A stretch of DNA of 56,558 bases, counting the filler, from Bipalium vagum (taxonomy: Eukaryota), in assembly GCA_037834085.1 (NCBI GenBank). It is 3 parts of 3 records of this genome, joined end to end, with 100 filler letters (N's around TTAATTAATTAA, not from the genome) between each part and the next. Parts side by side here need not be neighbours in the genome. Positions count along the whole stretch, not along the records: positions 19,647 to 39,786 come from JBBMKC010259399.1; 2 more parts are not named here. One strand, given 5' to 3'. The position numbers were made by a program, and so were the translations under genes. The notes below the pieces were generated by a model. The model was not told where the DNA came from. It did no database searches and saw only the letters and a program-made list of their open reading frames with translations. Within the stretch, counting starts at the first letter, position 1. Each line of letters opens with the position of its first letter. Below, piece by piece: positions 26,492-38,919 of the stretch.

Positions 26492-26502
26492 TGTAATAAC
26501 TC

Positions 26503-26571
<69 letters not shown>

Positions 26572-27392
26572 TAATAAAAAAATAATTAATTAAAATAATA
26601 AAAAAAATAATCAAAGATGAATAAAGGGCCATCATAAAGATCATAGACATGAGACATCAATGACAAGAATATTGATTTTCCCTGCTTTATGGGGATTTCT
26701 CTTTTTATCACTCGGCAGATAATGCTGTCTGTCCTCAAAGGGATAATAAATTTTTCTCGACAGCATTAACTCCTGAAGTTCTCTGGACTTCTATTGGTCA
26801 CAGAGCTGGCAGAAGGAGAACAGATTGAAATTATTATTAAATACCTGACCAATAATTATGCGATGATCAAGAATCTATTGAAGTAAGGGTTTTCATAATT
26901 CTTATGAAAGCTGGGCTTCTTATAATTCAACAGACCACGAATGAAGCCAAAGGGAACTCGTGGTTGGTCAAGAAGCTTAGTGTCAATACAGTTTGATGTG
27001 CCGTATTGGTTTTTTAATTTGTTTTATTTTTGATTTTGCCTAATAAAAGTATTGCGTAATATATGATTTTGGTAATCCTTTGCTAGTAATTATGTGTTTG
27101 TTATCATTAGCGTTTTTCTTATTATCTCTAGTAGTTTTTGACTGATGTATTATTGACAGGAGTGGTTTAAACATGCAGACAGGAAACGGTAGAGTGTCGA
27201 CGAATAGTGACTGCTATTCACATGAGCGTTTACTATTGATTGGGAGGTGTTTTGTGATTTTAAATTTTGGTTTAATAACTCCTATTTTGATTGAAAACTA
27301 TTTTGTTTTACTCATGGGATTAAATTGGCAGCGCAACGATAATAAAAGAGTGAGTCAGATTAAGTGTAGTTGGCTAATACTAAAATATTAAC
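26492..27392 (+). mobile_element. Solo-LTR-like element with TGTAAT/(AAT)n head
   Basis: Starts TGTAATAAC, followed by a long (AAT)n tract, a GC-richer core, a T-rich tract, AATAAA at about 27341 and a ...ATTAACA end. Same layout as families A and B. No clear TSD. Confidence 0.4.
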
Positions 27393-28044
27393 AACAATAT
27401 TAATATTTATAAAAACCAATGTAACTAAATATCGAGCTTCACAAATCGTTTAGTCTGGTTATCAAAAGTCTTATACAAACTATACCACAATATCACAATA
27501 ATCACAATGTATCAATTAATGCTTGAAAGTAAACCATAAAGGATCAGTATGTCTCAATGAAATCAAGGCTCACAATTTCTCGACCTCCATGATGAATTAT
27601 TGAGAATCGATTTTTTTATACTGACTATCTTTGTGAAGACTCCCACCTTTATCAGGAACAAAAAATGTGATCCTGTCTTCTGAAAAAAAATGTTAAGGGC
27701 AATTTGACTTGATTACAGTTGGTTCTATTTATTTATTACTTTCGATCTGATTAGTATTTGGTTAGATTTTTTTATTGTATTTGAATTCGTTTGTTTGAGA
27801 TATTTTGCAGTGAAGATCGATTTGTTGTGTGACAATCATTTGTGTATCTAAGTTAGCGAAATAAAGTTTTATTGTGATCGTTTTGATTCAATTATTTTCG
27901 AACACGTTATTGAAAAAAGTGAAAGGGTCAGTAAAATAACGAGCCAAGTGTTACGAAAAGGTTTTATAGTAATATAAAGACTTAACAATTATACTAAAAC
28001 AAAATTGTATTAATGATAATATTAATAAAAATAAATTTCAATAT

Positions 28045-29560
28045 TATGTGGCACGTATGCTAAGTACCCGGACTAGGTATGAAAGCAATACTCAAGCAAC
28101 CAGTTTTAATAAAAATGAATGACTAAAATATATATATTTATTTTCAACATAACTGCCGCTGTTCGAGATATACAGGGTGCGTCAACTATTTGAGGACAAA
28201 AATTGGTAAAATATATCATGATAATTTTTTAGTGGGCTAAAATTGATTTGCAATACTTATTGATACGACATTAAATAATTATTTTTTAACTTAGAAATGG
28301 AAGAGATAACTTTTGAATTAACACAAGAAATGAAAAGGCATGCAGTTATTGTTGCATTAGCCGCCGGACACAGTGACTTGGAAATTTTCATATTTCTTAA
28401 TGTGACCAGATCGTTTGTCAATAAAATTAGAAAGGAATGTTTGGCATCTAATCGAAATTTTTCCTCTATATCTAAAAGAGAAACACATTTCTCACGTTCA
28501 GACATTGTCAGAAATGTTAATTTTGTTCAAAAAGTCCAGGATGTTGTTCATGAAAGTCCCGGAATATCAATGAGAGAAACTGCCCATCGACTATCGGTTT
28601 CTGAGTCAACAATAAGACGATTGGTACATGATGATTTAAAATACAAGTCCTACGTCATGAGAAGAAGACATTTTGTATCGGCAAAAAGCAAAGAAAATCG
28701 TCTAATCCGCTCGAAGTGTCTTTTAAACAAAATCAAGCATCCTGATCATCCAAACATGCCATGGTTGTTTTCTGATGAAAAACTTTTTACTTTATATCGA
28801 TTGTCTGGATACATATGTAAAGCCCTGGAATGAAAAAGTTGCCCACGGATGACCTTATGTGTTCCAACAAATCTCAGCTCCCTGTCATACAGCATTAAAA
28901 ACACAAAAATGGCTATCTCTAAATTTTACCGACAATGTCACTCCAAACTTATGGCCACCTAGCTCACCACATTCAAATCCTTTGGGCTATTTCGTATGGG
29001 GCGTCGTAGAGAAGGAGACGAACAAACATCCTCATAATACCAAAGATTCCTTTTGGACTTCTATAAATTCTGCTATGATAAATACGAACAAAGCCATTTA
29101 ATCGTGGTCTGTAAGCTTTTTAGAAACCGCCTTGAAGCTGTAATTGACACTGAAGGCGATTTTATTGAATAAATAAAACTTGTGTACTTAAAACAAATAA
29201 AGTTTCTAATATTTCTTAAAAATATACATTTTTGTCCTCAAATAGCTGACGCACCGTGTACTTCTACCACAGATGCAAAAGTTCCAAAAATGCCTTTTGG
29301 TAGAAATTATTCTCACAATCTGAAATAAAATTCAGTACAACCTCCTTTACATCCTATTTTGATTTGACTTGTATCCTCGAATTTCCTTTTTCAAATTTCG
29401 GGAAAACCAAAAGTCACTTGGTGAAGGTTTTGACTATAGGGCGGATGTGGGATAACAGAAAAACTAGAATTAGTGTTGGCAATGGAGAACAACACACTTT
29501 GTGCATTGGCGCATTGTCATCATCATATATATGAGACATCAGTAGCAAAAATATACATTT
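28045..29560 (-). mobile_element. Mariner (DD34D-type) relic hosting a nested maT element
   Basis: Removing 28173-29258 rejoins the minus-strand C-terminus W*K(Y)ISNSGSYVE (cf. RWxKCIxxxGxYVE). Upstream lie HPPYSQNL..TFGF (about 29405-29450) and DDNAP (about 29505-29525). A TIR-like TAAGTACCCGGACT sits at about 28061. Confidence 0.7.
28173..29258 (+). mobile_element. Tc1/mariner element, maT (DD37D) family, internally deleted
   Basis: About 30-bp TIRs CAGGGTGCGTCAACTATTTGAGGACAAAAA / TTTTTGTCCTCAAATAGCTGACGCACCGTG flanked by TA. Transposase ORFs 28297-28833 (HTH, WLFSDEK) and 28859-29101 (FQQ.SAP..WPPSSPHSNPLGYFVWG, with 37-residue spacing and mutated catalytic Ds). Confidence 0.93.
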
Positions 29561-29564
29561 TCCC

Positions 29565-29960
29565 TGTAATAATAATAATAATATTAAAATAATAAAAAAT
29601 AATCTAAGTTAATAATAAGATATCGTTATTCCTTTTATAAAATGACCAGAGATACTGAAAGAAAAATATTTTCACGTGGGAAACTGTGAACTGAACTCAC
29701 CTTGATATCAATCTGAAATTAGTTCTGATTAAAGGTGAGATTCAATGGTTGAACCAAGAGGCTATTGAGCTAATTGAACAGGCCATTCTTTAAGCTTTCA
29801 CTTTTATTGTTTGTCAAACTAGCCAGTTAGTTATATTTGGTTATCAGCACAATTTCTGATGGTGATTAAGTGGACTGAGATTTTACAATTTTTGAGTGCC
29901 GATATGTTCTAAGATCTTTATCCGAACCTGAGTGCTTACTTAGTCTATTATGAATAACAT
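29565..29960 (+). mobile_element. Solo-LTR-like element with TGT(AAT)n head
   Basis: Starts TGTAATAATAATAAT where the mariner relic ends. Shares short motifs (GTGGGRA, CCTTGATAT, GCTATT) in the same order with family B. The right end is uncertain. Confidence 0.4.
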
Positions 29961-30189
29961 CAATGAGAACAGCGTAAGTCAAATGAAAAACCAAAAAAAT
30001 AAAATAGTCAATAAAATTTTCTCTCAAATTATACTATTTTATTAAAGAGGTCATTCTCGAACATTCTCTATTGACTACTGAAAAGACACTGGTAAAAGAA
30101 AACCTCAAAGCTTTTAAATGGAATTTAAGATTAATGCATTAAATAAAGATCTTAAATCAAAAATTTAAAAGTAAGAGTTTAAAATACTA

Positions 30190-30870
30190 AAAATTTTATT
30201 TGCAACTGTCTTAACTCCTTTCTGATCCACAGTCTTGTTGAGTGTTTCATCAAATATGAATGGTGCTTGCAATTTTACCTCGTTCAAAGTTGAGTTCCTT
30301 TCGTAAATTTGAATGGAGCTCTACGATTTTACCACCACGTTCTTTTAACATCTTTCCTAAAGAACTATTCATTAAGTTCAAACACCACCAGGCTTCTCTG
30401 TGAAATCATGCACATCTTCCTTCTCACGAGGATGGTGACTTTTCAGCATTTCTATTGAAATCTTTCTTCCATGGTGCATGATCATCTTTGTTGAAACTCA
30501 AACTTTATAGTAACCATATATTTCAATACAGTACTTTATTTTCTGCTTTTTTCCGGGAATTTTACACGAAATCCACACGAACACCTGTTTGGTCTTGGCA
30601 TCTTAAGCAGCTTTTTTTTTCTTTTGCTGTTGGATTATTGGTCTAGTAGATGGAGAGACGAAGTACTTTTCAGCTACATGATTTCCATGATTCTCAGCAT
30701 ATTCAAAGACTTTGAGCTTATAATTCAGAGTAAATCGTTTTTTATCTTCTGACATTTTTGGATGAACATAATGGACATAAAGAATATCGATTTTTTTATT
30801 GATATTATAATTGCACACAAATTTAGACTAATGGCTATTTTAAGCACAATCGTGTAGACTTCAAAAGTAT
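30190..30870 (-). mobile_element. pogo/POGK-like transposase relic with Brinker-type DNA-binding domain
   Basis: MSEDKKRFTLNYKLKVFEYAENHGNHVAEKYF is BrkDBD-like. Downstream APFIFDETLNKTVDQKGVKTV resembles pogo DETPxxFDxPxNxTVxxKGxKTV. Frameshifted. Confidence 0.7.
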
Positions 30871-31063
30871 AACGGCCCCATTCACTTTCGGGGAAAAAAG
30901 TTAGTTAAAATGACTTACACTCACAAATATATGATATATAAAAGAATTTTTCTAAATATCCAATAAAAAGCTTTAAAATAAAATTATAGAACGCAATAAT
31001 TAATAAAATCATAAAAATCAGCACTTCATATTTTTCAGAGAAAAACGAAGTTTGTTTTAATAT

Positions 31064-32074
31064 TGTTACTATTATACTTAGACTTAGTAAGGGGTGCTCG
31101 TGTGCTCGTACTCCTCACTTTTATAATCTTTGTGTTCGTAACTTCTCTCAACCTTTTCGAATCAAAACACCCACCACTATACCGTATCCGCACACTTAAG
31201 AATTGAATCAAAACTTCTACAATAAAACTTTATTTGAACAAAACGCAATCACACTGGAAAATAATGACCACAACGACAATCCGCTTCGTTAAATCACCCT
31301 TTAATCAATGAGTCTAATAAATAACAATGTCACAAAGAATAACGATAAATAAAAAAAAATACTGCTACTATTATAATAAAAGAGAAGAAAGAGATAATCA
31401 CAGAAGAAAGAGTCAAGAGCAAAACAAAACGGTTTCACCAAGAGCGACAAGGGGTCCCCGGGTCGCCCTCTGGGTCCTTCTCAGGTCAACTATTGGTTCT
31501 CAAGCTTGCTGGGTCCCCTTGTAGAATCCTTCTGCAAAGTCATATCCACTTGAAAATACCTCGATTTTCTTTCTTCGGTCGTAGTCCTCTTGATAATTGG
31601 AGTTTCCCGGAATAGCGTGGTCTATCGTCCTGAATCATCCTACTGATTAAAGTTCTCCTGAATGTCGTGATCTGTTATCCTTAATCGTCCTGCGGAATGA
31701 ACGTTTTTTCTTTTTTTTGGCCTTTCATGGGAATAGCCGTCTCCTTTTATAGTCGTAGAGATTAGTCTACGATCACCAATCCCTACGCTTAGAGACGGAT
31801 ATTTTTCCTAATAGCTATTAACTCTATCTCCACGCCGAGATAGACTCCTATCAAGGCTCATTGAATCCTGTCAGGGAATCCATTAGCGTATTCTGCTGAA
31901 ACTTCCCACGGAGAGATTTTGTCTTGCGAAATTTTTTAAAAAAATATTTATTATTATTAATTAAAAATTCTTATTATTATTAATATTATTAAGTTGCAGA
32001 AAAATATAATTATTTTTATTATTATTACTAATTATTATTTTCTTTTAATATTATTATAATTACTATTATTATCA
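31064..32074 (-). mobile_element. Solo-LTR-like repeat, family B copy 2 (near full length)
   Basis: On minus it starts TGATAATAATAG, has a degenerate (AAT)n head and TATAAAAGG (about 31743-31751), and ends ...ATAGTAACA at 31064. Homologous to 21150-21350. Confidence 0.65.
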
Positions 32075-33430
32075 CCATTATTGTTAATACCATTACTAAT
32101 TCCAAAACCCAACAATATATCAGAAAATCAGGCGTTAATTTAACAAGCATTTATTCAATCAAACAGTCACCATTTGATGCAACCGTTTTCTACTAGCGGA
32201 CAGGTAAATCAAAATTCCTTTTTAGTAGACTTTTTTACTTTACAGAAAGTTCTGGAAGGCCAAAATAGCAGATAATTGTAGAGGCAATTATGCTGAATCG
32301 GTAGTTGATAGGTCCGACGAATACTGTGAACAAGAACCCCGTGCAAAGATCATTCAAATTTACCGTAGTAATTTCTATATATGGTCTGGTTTTGTCGTGC
32401 GGCAAAATAGGCCTTATACATATTGATGACAAGAGGTTTTCTGTGCACTACCTGAAGCTATTTTGAAGAGTATGTTGTGAGTTTTTCACGAGGTTCTAAG
32501 AATGAATTGTGAATAATTTCTTCACTAGATCATCAAAAAATCAAGTGTAAGTTTTTGTTTTTATGATGGACCTTGAGATTCCAGATTTTTCAAATTATTA
32601 TCTTTCTCATTTACTATTATCATAAAGTACCTGTAGTATGTTCGACAAGTCTATTCATAATTTATTTTCATTATTACTCTCAAAATAAAATGTTAAAAAT
32701 AAATGTTTCATGCATAATAGTAATTTGAATATTGAAGTTTGATTTAGTCTAAGTATAAAAAAATTGATTATTTGTTTTAATATTGATAAATGCGTTTTTA
32801 TAAATTCCAGAATGCTGACAACAGAATGAAGAATTTTTGTGTGTTTGAAATATTATACTACAAAATCCATTGGATCTTTTCTTGTGGGGTTATCTAAAAA
32901 ATCCTTTATTCACCATTGATGAATTAAAGTAAAGAATTGTTGACGCCTGCCTTTAAATAGACAAATCAATGCTGACCAGAGTAGTAAAAACTGCATTTCT
33001 CATTTGATGTTTTGCAGAGACAAAAATGGACATCATTTTGAACACACTATGACAAAATAAACTGTAGTTATTGATAATGCAAATAAACATATTAAAAGAT
33101 TGTCACTTGTTTTTTTAAAATAATATTTACAAATTGTTAAAATTATGAATAGACTTATCAAACATCCTGTACATTTATTTTGTTTTATTAAAAACTTAGA
33201 ATACGATTATTTTTATTGAAAATTAAATTGTGAAAAAACGCAAAAGATTTTTCTTTCTCAGAAAATATACCATAAGAAAGTTAATGCCCTGTTCCTCTAA
33301 AAGAAAAACAAAATTGAAATTCAAACATTTATTGAAAAAAACTATTATCTGTAAAATAATAATAATAATAATAATAACGAAAACAACGACAATATTAATA
33401 ATATTTATCTATTGTTATTAAGATTAAAAT

Positions 33431-33946
33431 TTAATGCTCAATTTTATTAAAAAACGTTTTCTGATACTCCAGGTAGGGAGCCAGAGAAATATCATTAGTT
33501 TCATTCGCTTTACGCAAAGCTCCATAGCTTGAAAACCGAAGACACTTAGGACTTTTATCTTGGAATACAGTTTCACTGAAATCAGATTGATAGGTTGATC
33601 TACTGTCGAAAGGCTTATAACATTTGGGAGAATAGGTTTCGGACTTCTTTGAAATTTCAGAAACAGGCAAAAGATAGCGTTGAAACTGAGTTCTATAAGT
33701 TGTTGCAATCTCCAAAGGAGGAAGTTCTTTTCTTTTACTTTCACAAACAGCTGGAACCGGATTAACCAATTTCCATGTTAATAGATCTTGAACTTTTGGT
33801 GGGTTCATCTTGAAGCAAATGTCCTCTTTACAATGAGGAGTCTCGTAAAAATCTGAATTGTATGTGGAAATAGCATTGAATTTCTCTTTGGTTTTCAACG
33901 GAATATGTTTTGGAATATAGATCTTCCTATCCACTGAGGAAAACAT
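33431..33946 (-). CDS. Small SAXO/FAM154/MAP6-like protein with three Mn-type motifs (candidate axonemal microtubule protein), 171 aa, apparently intronless
   Basis: Uninterrupted ORF from ATG 33946 (MFSSVDRK...) with coding-like composition. Repeated motifs FNAISTYNSDF, LEIATTYRTQF and PFDSRSTYQSDF, the last two 35 aa apart, resemble the [ST][ST]YxxD[FY] Mn modules of SAXO proteins. Confidence 0.6.
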   Translation of the reverse strand: MFSSVDRKIYIPKHIPLKTKEKFNAISTYNSDFYETPHCKEDICFKMNPPKVQDLLTWKLVNPVPAVCESKRKELPPLEIATTYRTQFQRYLLPVSEISKKSETYSPKCYKPFDSRSTYQSDFSETVFQDKSPKCLRFSSYGALRKANETNDISLAPYLEYQKTFFNKIEH

Positions 33947-34659
33947 TTTAATAATGAAATATTTATATTTTTTATTACTAGTATGAGTTATAATAGTACA
34001 ATTCTTTTTCAAAATTTTTATGATATTAAGGTTATTAATTTTTATCTAAGTAATTTATTAGTAATTTCGCTGTCCTCTTCAGGGCTACAAGTATTGACTG
34101 TTACAAATTTTGTGGTTATAATGTGAATAAAATATATTTAATTTTATAAATAGTGACTCAATATATTGACTGCATTCCTGATCTCAAAAATTCTAAATAA
34201 TCTTTTATCTTTGTTACAATCAACAATTGTGGCCCTGAAGTGTACTTTAAACTTTTTCATTAACAAAATTATAAAATTTATTATAGTTTACAATTCATGA
34301 CCTTAAAAATTTTAAATAGTCCATTTAAACAACAAAACAGGTCAAATCGAATTTCAAATTACTGTATCAAGATTATATAAATATAAAGATATAAAAAAAA
34401 TTATTAAAAGTAAAATTCTTTTAGAGGTGATGTGTGATAACCATATTTAGTCTTCCTAGAAAGAAAAAATTGGTTGACATTCGATATCAGTAGAAGTCTT
34501 TTGTTTCTTATATTATACAATTTTTTAGAATCTAGATTTAAATTGATTTTTTAATTAGCGGAGCATTTTATAGGAGCGCAGCAACCCTAATAGTGACTAT
34601 TTTCGTTAAATTTAAATAATATACTATTTAGTTACAAAAGTAAAGCTAAAAATTAATAT

Positions 34660-35950
34660 TTTATTGAGATTAAATTAATCATTTAAAACAAAAACAACAT
34701 GCTACAGCTATTTCGATTTGAGATCCAAAAACTTATTTCTGCAGTTATGGATTTATTTTAGAAAGTTTGGTTTTGATGTTCCTTTAAAATATAAAAACTT
34801 CTGCAAAAAATGATTTTGCCAAAATATTGGCAGATTTTGGAAGGTTTCAGAAAGAATTATGAAGGTAAATGAATTTTTTAATAAATTAAAAAAACTGTTG
34901 TGAAAACAAAAAAATTATATTAAAGGATATTATGATGAGATCATGAAATTAAATGAACGTTTTGATTAATAATTGTATTTAGATAACGAAAAGGTTAGTG
35001 CCGGTTTTGAATAAGCAATTATCCACGATGGATAAATGACCTCACACAAATTCTAAAATTATTGAATAAAGTTATATTGAATATCTTGATTAGCTTTTTG
35101 CAAAAATAGTTTGAATCTATCAGTTGTAAAGAAACTTATCTGTATTTTTCAATTCAAAATGTTAGTCCATTCACTCTTAATTTGAACATTCTTACAATAC
35201 GAGTTCAAGTTCGTAAAAAAGGAGTCAGAGGCGTGTAGAATATGCCTTACCTTTAAGAAAAATGCACTAAAGGAAGGAAGAACGTAAAAAGGGTTTTCCA
35301 AATTTCTTAAAGGCGAATTTCTTACCATGTTAGAGGTAAGCGATGAAAGATGTTGTAACCATTTTTGTGTTATGTGAAACACCGGAGGTAAGTGGATTCA
35401 ACATGTGTTAACAAAGAAAAACAAACAACAACGATGCTGTTATAGAATCTGACAAAAGCCGAATTACATGGCTACTTCTAATGAGAAATGGTTATACTAC
35501 AAAAAATTATATACGGACTCACCATTGCTTGGAAATAAATGATCTGATACCACACTCTCAGAATAAAAATTATTTCATCTAACATCATGTTTTGTGTATT
35601 GTGAAATGTACTGGAATTACTGATTTTAGACAGTAACTATTATTTTTTATTTTTTAGAGCAGCTGGAAAGTGTAAAAAACGCTTCTTCAAAATAAACAGG
35701 ATTTTTTTCACGAAAGTAAGGCAGTTCGGCTTCAAATTATTGCAAAGCCCTATTGCAAAAGTCAACAGTAGTGATAACATTTGCGAATTGCAAATAGAAG
35801 TGCTGCTATGTTACTCGTATTTTCCCTATATTTTTCCAACTGATTACCTTCACTTCAATTACCTCCTACAATGTCAATTAAAAGGCCTTCTGAAATAGAG
35901 AAGAGACGGAATTCGTAGTTATCAAATTTTTAGCTTCTAAAGATTCTCAA
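34660..35950 (+). mobile_element. Decayed mariner transposase relic
   Basis: WIQHVLTKKNKQQR (cf. WVPHEL), ATSNEKWLYY (cf. TGDEKW) and a YSPDL-like/PTDY remnant at about 35815-35850. Many stops; boundaries approximate. Confidence 0.6.
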
Positions 35951-37649
35951 TTGTAAGAATGGGATATATCAACTATTATCTCGTTGGAAAGTGTGATTGA
36001 TTGCATTATTATTTTAATTATATTTATTAATATTATTACTATACCTGTTGTAATATATGGACTTATAAAAAGTGCGACCTTTCTTCGCTGATTAATATTT
36101 TCAAAATATTTTTCTATAAAATTATGATATTTTGAAATATTATCATGATTATTTCCCACAAAATAATTTTTTAATTTCAATTAAAAATTCTGCAGATTAA
36201 TTATTTTGAACCAAAGAAATTTAAACCTTTTAACTTTTAAGTCATATTTTGTAAAATTCAGTCCAGTTGTTTTCTTAAATAAGTATTTTAAATTATTACA
36301 AGAAAAGTTTGTAAACTGTACCAGCCCTGTTTTTTATAATCATATGAATAATAAAAAATATATAAAATTAAAAGTATTTTTTTTTATTTTAAAAAATCTT
36401 AATTTAATTATTGTTTAAATATATTACTTTAATACTTAACTATGGTTACCATGTCAAATTGGAATTCTTATTAGTTTTTATTGTTTTTTAAAAACTTAAT
36501 TAGAAAAAATTTCATTTTCATATATCTTGAAAGCATAAATTGATGAAGATTCCATCGTATCTTCATAATACAATGACTTTTGAACGAAACCTTTTCACTT
36601 TCACAGGATTTTCACAGGATAAATATTGATTGATTAGCTACAACAAATGTTTAATTTTATAATTTTTCATTATTATTAATAAAATATAAAATATAGTAAA
36701 TGTTAATGATAAAATTTTTATTAACTGAAACTATTTTGCTAATTAAATAATTTAAATTATTTTTTGAAAATAATTAATAATAATAAATTTAAAATAATTA
36801 TCCTCCTAAAAATTATCATTTTCAATAAATCATCCTTTCACATAATTGTTGAATATTTAAATCTTTTTTATTTTATATATATATTTAATATTTTATTATT
36901 TAATTATCTAAAATTTAAACCAATTGAAAATATTTTAATTAAGTTAAAAAATTTATTGTTTATATTGTTTTTATTAATACACAAAGTTAAAAAACCAAAC
37001 TTTTTTAAATATCAGAAAATTAAGTGGCAAATTTAAACCAATGAAAAAGACTGTCATAAAAATAATTTATTGAGAATTTTTTGTTATGTCTGAAGATATT
37101 GCAATCGATAACAGTCAGAAATATTTTAAATATTACAATTATAATTTTTAAAATCTTTTTCACATTTTTTACAAAACAAAACAATATTGTTTTTCCTAAT
37201 TTTAATTATTTAAAAAAAATTTTTTTTAATTGAAACTTTAGAAATTATAAAACTGTTTAATTAGTTTTCACATTTTATAGCTTCTTATTTTTAAAATTAA
37301 ATAAAAAATTTAATAATTTGAATTAAAAAAATTTTAAATGAAATAAAATTCTAAAAATTAAAAATCACATAAGAATTACTAAGGGATAATTATTTTCAAT
37401 TAAATTTTAATTAAATTAAATGTTATTTAATTATTCGATACGAAAAAAATCAGATTAAGTAAAAATATTTAAAATGAAACATTTTAAACAAGAAAATAAA
37501 TCAAAAACAAAAAAAATCAATATTTATCAAGAAAAAATCCATATTAAAATAAATGAATTTCAGAAATAGAATTTAATTAATTAAAACAAAAGTACCAATG
37601 TAACAAGATGGAAATTAAATAATCAATCTTAAATTTAAACAACTTTAGT

Positions 37650-38345
37650 TTCTGATTTATGAATATTAACCGCCTTCATTAGTTACCTTAAGCTAATTAT
37701 TATGCCAAAAGAAATCAATTTAATGACATTTCTGAAGCATACTACAATGTCGGTTGAAGAGCTCTTCACCAAGAGTCTCAAGTTTGTCTGCTCTTCCGAG
37801 AGGTTAAGGTTTGCTCTATTCACTTGCAAATATGATAATGATTTCAGTCTTCAGCATTCTTTATTTTCATAAAATGATTATTAATTTACTTTATTAATAT
37901 TCTGATAACAAGCGAACTGTCTTAATTGAACACCGAAAACCCTTCGGTGATGGAACCACAAAAAAATTAAGATGGTAAAAATTTTCTAACGTCTCCCTTA
38001 TAATGTTATATAGAAAAAAATGAATATAATATAATTAACACTTGAAATTTTTTATGGGATGTATATCGATTAATGAAGTCTGTAAACCAACTTGTTCGAA
38101 GCTTGTTATATACAAACGTCTTGAATGGTAAAATTTTTGCTAATAATGATGACGTCAAATCAAACTTTTTGCAGTTTTTTTTACAGATAAATCCAAGAGG
38201 TTTTATGAACGAGAATTTTTGTGCATCCTAGAAGATGACAACAGGGTCCACGTAAACAAAGGACAATTCATAATTTAATAAAAATATTTTTCATATGACT
38301 TTTAATGACTTGTTTCTTCAAAAAAATCGACAATTACCTTCTTTA
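37650..38345 (+). mobile_element. Decayed mariner relic (3' part)
   Basis: WEPQKL-like motif at about 37950 and a C-terminal R*QQ..NKGQFII* at about 38230-38280, followed by a TIR-like sequence. Boundaries approximate. Confidence 0.5.
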
Positions 38346-38461
38346 AAACGTAATATTTATTTTAAATAAAATATAAATAATTATAATTAAATAAAAATAT
38401 ATTGATTTATAAAAAGAAACGGACTCAAATTACAAGACATAAAATAATGCAAAATTGATAA

Positions 38462-38601
38462 NNNNNNNNNNNNNNNNNNNNNNNNNNNNNNNNNNNNNNN
38501 NNNNNNNNNNNNNNNNNNNNNNNNNNNNNNNNNNNNNNNNNNNNNNNNNNNNNNNNNNNNNNNNNNNNNNNNNNNNNNNNNNNNNNNNNNNNNNNNNNNN
38601 N
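38462..38601. other. Assembly gap (140 N)
   Basis: Run of N. Confidence 0.99.
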
Positions 38602-38919
38602 TATATTAATAATAATATAAAAAAAATTATAATGACTTAGAAAATTAAAATTGAAATAATAATTAAACGTAGATCATTTTCAATTAATAAATCAATATTT
38701 TTCTGTGGATAGAGAACCAGAAATAGGAAATCTTCTTAAGAGTCTTCTGAAAAGGAATTTTAAGTTTATTTTAATTTCTTTTGTTTATTTCAAATTAAAT
38801 TGTAATAGATTTTTTTAATTAAATAAATTTTATAAAATGAATTTTATTTCAAACAAAAATGTATAAAAAATATTTTAAAAATTAAATATTAAAAAATTAT
38901 ATAAAAAATAAATATCCTT

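Noticed and set aside
26384-26650. Poly-Ile membrane-like ORF
   Set aside because: It is a translation of an (AAT)n tract.
33424-33744. Overlapping 106-aa ORF in another frame of the SAXO-like gene
   Set aside because: It has no ATG start and no motif, and is explained as an alternative-frame shadow.
35947-37036. Short I/K/F/N-rich ORFs (35947, 36206, 36764)
   Set aside because: Low-complexity translations of extremely AT-rich non-coding DNA.
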